52,191 bases of DNA from Candidatus Thorarchaeota archaeon (lineage in GTDB: Archaea > Asgardarchaeota > Thorarchaeia > Thorarchaeales > Thorarchaeaceae): assembly GCA_019057475.1 (NCBI GenBank), contig DXJO01000044.1, positions 1-52,191 on the forward strand, written 5' to 3'. A program made the translations under genes and the position numbers. Below the pieces are notes generated by a model that was not told the origin of the DNA, ran no database searches, and saw only the letters and a program-made list of their open reading frames with translations. Shown here piece by piece: positions 1-7,851 of this stretch (positions are counted from its first letter, which is position 1; the number at the start of each line of letters is the position of its first letter).

Positions 1-187
1 GTGGACGAGCTTGGCGATTGTTTCGGGGTTCCGCATGAGATTGGCATTGGACGTGTATTCGGACGGATTGTGAATGAGAAGGTTAAGATCATACATAGGC
101 ATGCCAACACGAGTGTACAGTATGCGCTCCTTCTCAGGTCCCAGTTCCGCGAAACGCAGATACATGGGGCATTAAACAAACGAGATA

Positions 188-775
188 ATGAGGAAACGCA
201 GGACTGCCCATCTGCTCATCGCATTACTAGTCACAACCACTCCAGGACTTCTGTTATTGGCTTATAGTCAGACACTCACATTCGTTGGAATCGGGGCCAC
301 TGATTTCTGGTGGAAAAGTGCCGGTTGTGGCCGAACCACCCTAAACGTGAGCTCGGTCAATTCTGTCGCAATTAAGACCATTGTCGCGGAGCGGCTCAGC
401 ATCTACTGCTTCAACACAAGTGGAAACATCGTGCCCATAGTGGTCACTTCCAATCTAGGTGGCACCATACTAAACCATTCAAGGATTTCAGGGACGGAAG
501 TGCCAAGAATCACATACCCACTTGAGAGTCCAACGGGCTGAGCGGAATCCTAGGAATTCAATGTGATAGTTCGTTGGGAAGGAGTCAATGCATCAATCCA
601 CTTCATGTATTGTACCTCTTATGTGGGGCACGCTGATGGTTCAGTGCCTTACACACTTCCATGATTTGAGGAGGCTCAATCTCTGGGATTCCTCGCTCTC
701 GGAAGCGGCCTGACTCTCTTCACGGTCTTTGTGACATTATACGTTAAGCGCGTTGGATTCCAGAATAGCACATAG
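188..775 (+). pseudogene. Membrane-anchored surface protein interrupted by three in-frame stops
   Basis: The 188..541 frame continues through TGA 539, TAG 551 and TGA 662 to a hydrophobic helix plus basic residues (LGFLALGSGLTLFTVFVTLYVKR), ending at TAG 773-775. It also has an N-terminal signal/TM segment. Confidence 0.7.
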
Positions 776-809
776 GGCGGCCCTGAATAGCTAGGAATTG
801 CAGAAGAAG

Positions 810-830
810 TGGTAGTGGGTGGTCGATTCG
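810..830 (-). repeat. tRNA-Met(i) 3'-end remnant (att-like copy 1)
   Basis: Reverse complement CGAATCGACCACCCACTACCA: part of the T-loop, the 3' T-stem strand, the acceptor 3' strand and CCA; 20/21 identical to the copy at 3117. Confidence 0.75.
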
Positions 831-899
831 TAGGGCTCCATCAAGTAGAGTCAGTTCAATTCACTGCGTAGTGCCCATTCTGGCCTCTTAGAGAAGAAA

Positions 900-962
900 T
901 GGTCGCGGGTGAATGATTCGAATAACCACATTCAGGGTCATGAGCCCTGCAGGATGCCGGTT
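900..962 (-). pseudogene. Degenerate, 5'-truncated tRNA-Met (CAT), att-like copy 2
   Basis: Reverse complement reads ...CAGGG CTCATGA CCCTG AATGT GGTTA TTCGAAT CATTC ACCCGCG A CCA. The anticodon arm (CAT, GGG/CCC pairs typical of initiator tRNA) is intact, the T-stem is broken and the 5' acceptor strand is absent. Confidence 0.75.
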
Positions 963-985
963 CGTCAGTCTAACGGACAGAGGAG

Positions 986-2917
986 TCAGCTACCTCTTCT
1001 GCGTCTTCGCCTGAGCTGATCCAGTGCCACAAAGATGACCACAAATGAAACAGCAGCGACAAGCCTTAAGTCTATGATATTAGGCCAATAGATGAAACCG
1101 GGGTCGGTATACACCAAGAAGCCAATGTCGCGCCTGCCGTTAGCACCTTCGATGCTACTTGCTATGTATATCAGATTATTCTCGCCAGCCGCAATGAGCC
1201 AACGAAACCAGTATTCCGATTCGCTACAGAACTCTGACATACTCCGACTCCAGAGTTGTCTACCCGTTTCATCGTATCTTGCCAGTCTGTACAACTGGGA
1301 ATCCATTGGCGAGTATAGGACCATGTACAATGAATCGTCTGGGGCCACGCAACAAGTCTCAATCAGTAGAGGATCGCTGAAATCCTCGGTGTACACTATC
1401 TCCATGCTCTGATTCCACGTAACAGAACCTTCTGCGCTTATCCGGATAAGGCTGGAAGCACTGACCATGGGATAATTGAAGGTCGAATAGGCGGCATATA
1501 CATCTCCTTCAGTAGTTAACTGCATTCTGTCGAATTTGCCGGTGACATTCCAAAGCAAATTGCCGTCCCTATCACACTTTGTGATTGCCTGTCCAGTCTG
1601 AACATACACATCTCCATCATGCGTGACTCCTAAGCTTGTCCCAGCACCTAAGTACTTCCAGAATGTTGCATTCCACAAATGCGCTCCATCTTGGTCAAGT
1701 TTCATGAGGACAGGTGTGTAACGATAGGGTTCCAGCGATTCCACCACGCTGGCTATCACGTAGATTTCCCCATCCGGTCCTACTGCAACATCACGCCCCA
1801 GGCTACCGTTCGGGAAGTCCCATCTATGAGTCCAGGCATGAGTTCCATTTGTCTTGTACTTCGCAAGAAGCGTGTTGTAAATTGGATAGGGGACTGGGTC
1901 ATAGGGTCCGAGCCAATCTGACGCCACAACATAGATGAAATCACCGTAGAGATCCAGACTGGGCCAGTATGAGCTCTCGTTGAAAGACGCCCACCAGACG
2001 ACTTCGCTGTTGGACCCCCATTTCACGAGGCAGGGCGTGTGGTTTTCAAAAGGATATCCGCCAAGCGACATAATTGCACCATAGACTGAGCCTTCTGAGT
2101 CGACATGTAGGTCAGACCACAACTCACTGCCCTCATGGTCCCAAAATCCTTGGGCAATTGAGCTAATCTCCTCCACCGGAGTGTGTTCTCCAACTAATGC
2201 CAGGGCACTTATTCTTTGAAGACTCATTGTCACAGAGCCGTTGCAGTATCGCCATGGCTCTGTGCCATTGTACAGCCTGTGAAATGACTCGCTTGGAGAG
2301 AGCCCGACCACGAGAGCGAGGGAATAGGCACCAAGTGGTGTTTCGGCGGTCTGTGTTTCCCACACTTCATCTATCCTGTTCTCTAATAGGTCCACACTCG
2401 CCGAATTCATACCATTCAATGTAGGGAGCGTGGTGTCCACGGAAACCCACCGTCCCATTGAAGTGATCATCCTGACAAATGGCTGGAAGTAGATCGAACC
2501 AGCTAGCTCAAATTCATAGTCGATGGATATTTTCACACGAAGCGGAGGGCAATCACGCTCCCATACGAACGGCTTTCTACAGACTATGAACTCGTTACAC
2601 TCTGGTGTTTCATTATATCTGTAATCTGTTGGTATTGGGTAGTCCAGTCGTGTACCCGCGGTGTGATTCCAAGTCATGCTCAAGTCGCCGTCAACACCGT
2701 CAGACTCGTAATCAAATGAGAACTCCCCAGAGTCACCTGCAATGATTACCTCTGGCATATCAGATAGCTCTGGGTCAGACAGGAGCTCCCACGAGGTGTA
2801 GTCTGAGGGTCTAGCGGGCTGAAGCGTGTTCTCAGTAGCAGAAACTGGGGCACTGACCAACAATCCAACAGATAGTATTAGGAGGAGGACATAGGACCCT
2901 TTCCTTCTAGCACTCAT
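986..2917 (-). CDS. Secreted, C-terminally anchored beta-propeller surface protein (SBBP/PQQ-like repeats)
   Basis: Signal peptide, repeated LxKxDxxGxxxW motifs (LVKWGSNSEVVW, LAKYKTNGTHAW, LMKLDQDGAHLW, LARYDETGRQLW), and a C-terminal TM helix followed by RRRRRR. Confidence 0.75.
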   Translation of the reverse strand: MSARRKGSYVLLLILSVGLLVSAPVSATENTLQPARPSDYTSWELLSDPELSDMPEVIIAGDSGEFSFDYESDGVDGDLSMTWNHTAGTRLDYPIPTDYRYNETPECNEFIVCRKPFVWERDCPPLRVKISIDYEFELAGSIYFQPFVRMITSMGRWVSVDTTLPTLNGMNSASVDLLENRIDEVWETQTAETPLGAYSLALVVGLSPSESFHRLYNGTEPWRYCNGSVTMSLQRISALALVGEHTPVEEISSIAQGFWDHEGSELWSDLHVDSEGSVYGAIMSLGGYPFENHTPCLVKWGSNSEVVWWASFNESSYWPSLDLYGDFIYVVASDWLGPYDPVPYPIYNTLLAKYKTNGTHAWTHRWDFPNGSLGRDVAVGPDGEIYVIASVVESLEPYRYTPVLMKLDQDGAHLWNATFWKYLGAGTSLGVTHDGDVYVQTGQAITKCDRDGNLLWNVTGKFDRMQLTTEGDVYAAYSTFNYPMVSASSLIRISAEGSVTWNQSMEIVYTEDFSDPLLIETCCVAPDDSLYMVLYSPMDSQLYRLARYDETGRQLWSRSMSEFCSESEYWFRWLIAAGENNLIYIASSIEGANGRRDIGFLVYTDPGFIYWPNIIDLRLVAAVSFVVIFVALDQLRRRRRRGS

Positions 2918-3116
2918 ACCTCATCGCACACCATAGACCCTGTTCACTGTGACCCACCCTCATCTGGCTGCAGATAAGAGAATTCGATTTCCGTCTGCAT
3001 GTGGCATTATTGCAGGATGAAGATATGAATCATACCTAAAGAAGACCTTGGACTCTCTCGTGGGGACCATTGATCACCAGAACGATTACCAACACTAGGA
3101 TTCGAATGCGAAGAAA

Positions 3117-3138
3117 TGGTAGCGGGTGGTCGATTCGA
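3117..3138 (-). repeat. tRNA-Met(i) 3'-end remnant (att-like copy 3), probable left boundary of the integrated element
   Basis: Reverse complement TCGAATCGACCACCCGCTACCA matches the archaeal initiator tRNA 3' end (CCCGCT-A-CCA). All three copies share the flank GAAGAA(A/G)TGGT. Confidence 0.8.
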
Positions 3139-3204
3139 GAGAAATCAAGGCTCTAGGCACCTCATCTTCATGTTTAAGCAAAAGACATAAGGAATCTTAT
3201 AGTT

Positions 3205-3304
3205 GGGCGGCGTTCTGTCGAACTGGAGTCAGGGTGCTCCTTGATTTGGAGTTGGAGCGCTCTCGGAAGAAAGGGAAGTGAGTGTTCAAACACTCGCGCC
3301 ACCC
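3205..3304 (+). ncRNA. Putative tRNA-like cloverleaf RNA (non-canonical)
   Basis: Outer stem GGGCGGC/GCCACCC enclosing four arms, with D-loop-like AACTGGA and T-loop-like TTCAAA. Folded by hand only. Confidence 0.3.
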
Positions 3305-3316
3305 CTTGCGAAACCC

Positions 3317-3619
3317 CTATTCTGATTCACAGAGATGGTGGTTACTCATACAGACAGTATGTAAAACTAACAGGCACTCTAGCAGTTTTACAACAACACT
3401 CGTGTAAAACTCTCCTGACGCTGTTAGGTTGAGTTTTATTGAGAAGTAAATCGGTTCTGGCCACTCTTCTTTACAGAAGAGGTCTGAAATCTCCCAGATG
3501 TAGTAGAATGAGCCATCGGATCGTCTAGTCACTATATATGGCCTCCCGAAACCCTCTATGGCAGTTGTTGATGGCCGTACTCCCTCAGAAAAGTTGAGGG
3601 ATAAGAGAGCGCAATCCAA
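3317..3619 (-). CDS. Hypothetical protein (possibly a fragment)
   Basis: ORF with protein-like composition, followed on the minus strand by a hairpin and TTCCCTTTCTT. Confidence 0.35.
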   Translation of the reverse strand: MDCALLSLNFSEGVRPSTTAIEGFGRPYIVTRRSDGSFYYIWEISDLFCKEEWPEPIYFSIKLNLTASGEFYTSVVVKLLECLLVLHTVCMSNHHLCESE

Positions 3620-3634
3620 AAGGACGGACCTACT

Positions 3635-3793
3635 ATGAAACTAGTTGAGGTATCTGACCTGTTCTCGCAGAGGCGACTTGCGTTCCAAGAGAGAATTAAG
3701 ATGTGGCGAGTCATGTTTCAAGAGCGAGTCAACGTGTGGCAAGTCAGGTTATTCCAACGACAACTCGGGAAAATCATCAGGAGGACTCGTTAA
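3635..3793 (+). CDS. Small hypothetical protein (52 aa) with internal FQERxxxW repeat
   Basis: Not in the ORF track: MKLVEVSDLFSQRRLAFQERIKMWRVMFQERVNVWQVRLFQRQLGKIIRRTR. Its stop overlaps the next ATG (TAATG). Confidence 0.45.
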   Translation: MKLVEVSDLFSQRRLAFQERIKMWRVMFQERVNVWQVRLFQRQLGKIIRRTR

Positions 3794-4346
3794 TGTCTCG
3801 TGAATCGAACTTAAGTCACCTGACTCTGCTTAAGTCACGACACGAATCATTGAAATTACGTGAAAACGTGTCCAAGGACAACCTATCAAGAATTTGCACG
3901 AGAACGACTCGAGTGCAACTCGTGTCACTCAAGAACCACAAGTCGGGTCAAACGAGTATAGTTCTCGTATTGGCCATCTTGCAGACGTGCTTTTGCCTGT
4001 GTTTGCTTCAAGTGGGGCACTGAACTCGCTAAACTCACAACAACATGACGCTTCCCTCCCATCTGAACACAGCATGACATCACAACCGCCGATGAGTCAA
4101 AATCCCCAAGGTTCACGACAAAGGCAGAGGCTCATCGGCACCATTTTTAGATCACTGTTCGGACAGCAACAAGGAATCGCAGAACGACAACCTGTCCAAG
4201 GAACAAAGCAGGATGTGTGAGAGCGGCTTGGGCAACGAGAGGTTGCTGAATTACCTATTGACCTGCAGGACGCTCAGGCAAAACGTGATGAACGATTTCG
4301 CAGGATGCAGCGCATGGGAGTCAACATAGGGGATGACCGATTATGA
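3793..4346 (+). pseudogene. Degraded hypothetical gene(s)
   Basis: ATG at 3793 with an apparent frame change. The 3894 frame continues past TGA 4218 with protein-like sequence (ERLGQREVAELPIDLQDAQAKRDERFRRM) to TGA 4344-4346, which overlaps the next ATG. Confidence 0.35.
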
Positions 4347-4591
4347 CTAAGAAACTCTCGGCGTACAATAAACACGTCCAGAAAGAAATGCTCAAGGGCA
4401 GGTCAATGTCCTAGGCAGCTGCGAGTTGGAACAAGGGAACCTCAAAGCCCCGAAAGAGATCCAAACGCAAGCCGACCACGCGAAGGAGAACGACCAGAAG
4501 GCAGACAGCCAAGCAAGGGCCGCGTCTGTTTCCTCTTTTGGATGGACTCAGAACACGAATTCAAAACAGGATCCGAATCATTAGGAGATGA
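4343..4591 (+). pseudogene. Small, very basic protein with an HMG/YABBY-like motif, interrupted by in-frame TAG
   Basis: MTKKLSAYNKHVQKEMLKGRSMS*AAASWNKGTSKPRKRSKRKPTTRRRTTRR...; TAG at 4412-4414; ATGA overlaps with both neighbouring ORFs. Confidence 0.55.
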
Positions 4592-4926
4592 TTAAGACAA
4601 TGACAGTCCAAGTAAAAGGACGGAACTGTCCAGGGTCTGACAGAGAAAGAGCAGAACGAGATCGAGCGCGGAACATAAGGACACGATATCACGATAGACA
4701 CAACGTGCCACCGGATCCCAGAGGACCACGGACTTTCACAAGGCACCTGACACGTCCGGTGTCATCCATGCCTTCGGTCATATCTAGTGGATCGCCAACA
4801 GGACCGACCAAAGGAATGCACCCATTGGCGAGGAGAAACCCTGCAAAATACAGCCGCAAAATGTCAATTTCTGATGTTGTCCCTCATTCTCCTTATCCCA
4901 GACAAGATATCATCTAAAGACATCAT

Positions 4927-5724
4927 CTAACCCCCCCGTTCATTGCTCTCTTGGGAGAATCCCTTTGATTTCACCCCTTTCTTGGGGGAAGCCTCGGGGG
5001 GTAGCCCCCTCTCTTGAGCCTTAGTCTTGGGACGCCCCTTTGTTCTTGGGTCAGATCTTGGGTTGGATATTGGGATATTTGGGTTCGACCTTGAGATGCT
5101 AGGGTCGGACTTGGGTTTAATCTTGGGTTCGACTTTCATCTTGGGACGGTCCTTAATACTTGGGTCAGGTCTTGGATTTGACCTTGGAAAACTTGGGTCG
5201 GATCTTGGGTTCGACCTTGGAATACTTGGGTTGGTCTTGGGACTCTTGGATTGGGTCTTGGGTCCGACCTTTTTCTTGGGACTCTCCTTAATATCCTTAA
5301 CTTTGGGTTCGAGCTTGGGTTGAACTTGAGATACTTGGGTTGGATCTTGGGTTGAACTTGGGATACTTGAGTCGGATCTTGGGTTCGACCTTAAGAGTGA
5401 TGGAAGTGGTCTATCAATCATTACATCGAGTCTTCGAAGTGTCCTTCGTGCCCTCGCTGTGATTCTATATCCTTTGACCCTTTTCCGGGGGTTCACAATA
5501 TCTGGCACTGGTTCTACAAGTTCCGCGTGGAAAAGATCCCCAAGTCCGCCGTCGAAACGCAGAGTGGATGGGGAAAACCCACAGATGGTGGCAATGTCTT
5601 CAAGGGTCATATAGGGTTCACCACTCATAGCCAATGCTGTGAAAGCACGACTGGAAACCCCTTTCTTCAATACTTTGCCAATATCAGCAAGTCGGATCAC
5701 TGAACGATCCTTAGATTCCGTCAT
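4927..5724 (-). CDS. Winged-HTH DNA-binding protein with repetitive P/S/K/R-rich C-terminus (candidate initiator or regulator)
   Basis: MTLEDIATICGFSPSTLR...LGDLFHAELVE...GYRITARAR is a wHTH pattern, followed by PRSNPRSDPS repeats. Divergent from the helicase operon. Confidence 0.65.
   Translation of the reverse strand: MTESKDRSVIRLADIGKVLKKGVSSRAFTALAMSGEPYMTLEDIATICGFSPSTLRFDGGLGDLFHAELVEPVPDIVNPRKRVKGYRITARARRTLRRLDVMIDRPLPSLLRSNPRSDSSIPSSTQDPTQVSQVQPKLEPKVKDIKESPKKKVGPKTQSKSPKTNPSIPRSNPRSDPSFPRSNPRPDPSIKDRPKMKVEPKIKPKSDPSISRSNPNIPISNPRSDPRTKGRPKTKAQERGLPPEASPKKGVKSKGFSQESNERGG
5025..5395. repeat. Imperfect direct repeats (ACTTGGGTCGGATCTTGGGTTCGACCTT) inside the wHTH gene
   Basis: Units at 5158, 5191 and 5365, with partial units at 5045, 5079 and 5224; dense CTTGGG hexamers. 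Confidence 0.8.
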
Positions 5725-5882
5725 AGATCTTCCCTACAAATAGGTAGATTCCTAAAGTTGATAAGATTCCGACGCTAACGGGGTTAAGACGCCTTCTTTC
5801 AGTGAAAGAAGATATGAAAACATATGAAAACATATATTGGGGCTTTGATTGGTCCGATATGTTGTGCCTTGGAAATAAGAAA

Positions 5883-6101
5883 ATGAAAGAAGTCAAAAGA
5901 CCCCCCAGCGTGCTTCTGAGCAGATTCATTGGACCAGAAGATGAGATACTACAATTCTTGAGGGAGATTGAGGAACGCTTTAACATTAAGTTGTATCCAG
6001 ACACACCAAGGATTGATAGACAATATCCTGATTGCGTCAGGATCTACGTTAAGATACCACTTGACAGGCCGCCCGTCAAGAAAGAGGTGTCTGAAGAATG
6101 A
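5883..6101 (+). CDS. Small hypothetical protein, first gene of the replication operon
   Basis: Probable ATG at 5883 (MKEVKRPP). Its stop overlaps the helicase start (ATGA), with an SD-like GAGGTG ahead of the helicase. Confidence 0.6.
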   Translation: MKEVKRPPSVLLSRFIGPEDEILQFLREIEERFNIKLYPDTPRIDRQYPDCVRIYVKIPLDRPPVKKEVSEE

Positions 6102-7630
6102 GTGAGGACATCTTTGTGTCTGATGAAGATGTTGTGAAATCCACCTCTAGCTCTTCCTTAACTAAACGGGGTAGTAGGATTAAGGATTCACCTACCTACA
6201 CCCTAGCCCACATAATTATGAAGAACCGAAGATTCTACACCGATGGTGGGGCTGAATTGTGGATATTCGATGAAACTAAGGGGTTGTGGACACCAAAAGC
6301 AAGGCCTTTCATTCGTAAACAAGCCGTGGCGATGTTGGCTGAAAAGTGGACCAAACACAAGGAGAATGAAATCATAGGGTTCATTCATAGCTCGCGTTTC
6401 GATCCCGATGTGGAACTAGGAAAGCTAAGACATAGGATTGTGTTGTTAAACGGAACCTACGACCTAGATGAGATGGTGTTCCACAATGAGTTCTTTCCTG
6501 AAGAATATCAGACCATACAAATACCAGTCGACTACGACCCCAAGGCCAAATGTCCAAAATTCAAGAAGTTCATGAAAGAGATAATTCCAGACGAATGGGA
6601 TAGATTGTGTATAATGGAATGGTTTGGATATCATCTGTACAAGTCATACAAGTTTGCGATCTTTCTCATTTGTCTGGGAGATGGAGCGAACGGAAAGTCC
6701 ACAATGTTGGCGGTATTGGAGAGGTTCATAGGGAAAGAGAATAGCAGCTCCTGTACGCTGAAACAAATCCTTCAGGACAAGTTCAAGACTGCTCAACTCT
6801 ACATGAAGCTAGGAAACGTTTGTGGGGATGTTTCAAAGACCGGCCTAGCAAAGACTGGCACCATCAAACAATTGACAGGCGGGGATAAATTGACCGCCGA
6901 ACACAAACATCTTCCAGAGTTCAGTTTCTACAACTTTGGTAAGTTGACATTCGCTGCCAATGAACTACCATACAGCTATGACAAGACTTCGGCCTTTCAT
7001 CGAAGGGTAAGGATAATTGAGTTTCTTCGAGTATTCCTAGCTGATGACCCCAACACTAGGGACCAAGATGAATTGATAGATGAGATGACTACCCCCAAAG
7101 AGTTGAGTGGGATCTTTAACGCCGCTCTTGAAGGATGGGAACGACTTAGATCGAAAAGACAATTGACCGGAACAAAGCCAATTGAGGACAATACACTCTA
7201 TTGGACATTGAAGAGTGATCCTGCTGCTTATTTTTGTATGCAATACCTAGTGCATGATACTAAATACCCCGATATCAAAAAGGCGTGGCTCTATGATGTC
7301 TATATCAAATGGAGTCACACCATAGACAAGACCCCTATTAGTAGCAGTTGGCTCTCACGCAAGTTGAAGATAATGGTGCCATTCGCAGAGGACGCGTCCA
7401 GTTCAGGAGGAGCTAGGTATTGGAAAGGATTTCGAGTGGATGAAGAGAAGATGAGGGCAGATCTAAGGGAGTTAGAGGAATCAGGCACCATAACGATAGA
7501 AACGACATATTTTGATCTATTATTCTCATTTATCGAAGGAAAAAAAGAAAATAATATATCAGAAAATGGCGTTCTTGGCGTTTCTAAGAAATTGGATAAA
7601 GTCTTTGATGATGAGGGGGTTGAGTCATGA
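6098..7630 (+). CDS. Superfamily 3 (D5/P4-type) DNA helicase without an N-terminal primase domain
   Basis: D5_N-like IVLLNGTYDL...YQTIQIPVDYDPKAKCPKF, Walker A GDGANGKST, IKQLTGGD, motif C FAANELP, arginine finger AFHRRVRIIEF, and a C-terminal wHTH-like region. Confidence 0.9.
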   Translation: MSEDIFVSDEDVVKSTSSSSLTKRGSRIKDSPTYTLAHIIMKNRRFYTDGGAELWIFDETKGLWTPKARPFIRKQAVAMLAEKWTKHKENEIIGFIHSSRFDPDVELGKLRHRIVLLNGTYDLDEMVFHNEFFPEEYQTIQIPVDYDPKAKCPKFKKFMKEIIPDEWDRLCIMEWFGYHLYKSYKFAIFLICLGDGANGKSTMLAVLERFIGKENSSSCTLKQILQDKFKTAQLYMKLGNVCGDVSKTGLAKTGTIKQLTGGDKLTAEHKHLPEFSFYNFGKLTFAANELPYSYDKTSAFHRRVRIIEFLRVFLADDPNTRDQDELIDEMTTPKELSGIFNAALEGWERLRSKRQLTGTKPIEDNTLYWTLKSDPAAYFCMQYLVHDTKYPDIKKAWLYDVYIKWSHTIDKTPISSSWLSRKLKIMVPFAEDASSSGGARYWKGFRVDEEKMRADLRELEESGTITIETTYFDLLFSFIEGKKENNISENGVLGVSKKLDKVFDDEGVES

Positions 7631-7851
7631 GCATCAGCCATTATCGAGGATTCTCAACTGAAATCCTGCTCAGGTGGAAAAGGGATCTAGAATATGAGGC
7701 ATCGAACTGGAATCGCAGAATCAAGGAACAACATACAAGAAAATTCGATCCCATATTTCAAACTGTGACTGAGTACAAGAACAGAATCCGTGATTGCCGA
7801 AGGTCCATCAAACAGATTGACAAGGTTCTTGCCGAGAGGGGGATGGTGTGA
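7627..7851 (+). CDS. Small basic helical hypothetical protein
   Basis: Translationally coupled between the helicase and the Topo VI-A-like gene. Confidence 0.6.
   Translation: MSISHYRGFSTEILLRWKRDLEYEASNWNRRIKEQHTRKFDPIFQTVTEYKNRIRDCRRSIKQIDKVLAERGMV

Noticed and set aside
1-267. Plus-strand ORF 1..267
   Set aside because: It overlaps the 188 gene and is not protein-like. A minus-strand signal-peptide-like frame (LRRSAYCTLVLACLCMILTF) running off the window edge is more plausible but cannot be confirmed.
900-975. Functional tRNA-Met gene
   Set aside because: The 5' acceptor strand is missing and the T-stem does not pair; treated as a remnant.
3205-3304. tRNA-Sec or tRNA-Pyl
   Set aside because: No TCA or CTA anticodon in a 7-nt loop, and the stem lengths do not fit.
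5027-5323. Antisense Leu/Gly-rich ORF and the many other short shadow ORFs in the track
   Set aside because: They are by-products of repeats or codon bias on the opposite strand of well-supported genes.
5025-5395. CRISPR array
   Set aside because: Repeats are degenerate, irregularly spaced, in-frame within a gene and lack unique spacers; no cas genes are present.
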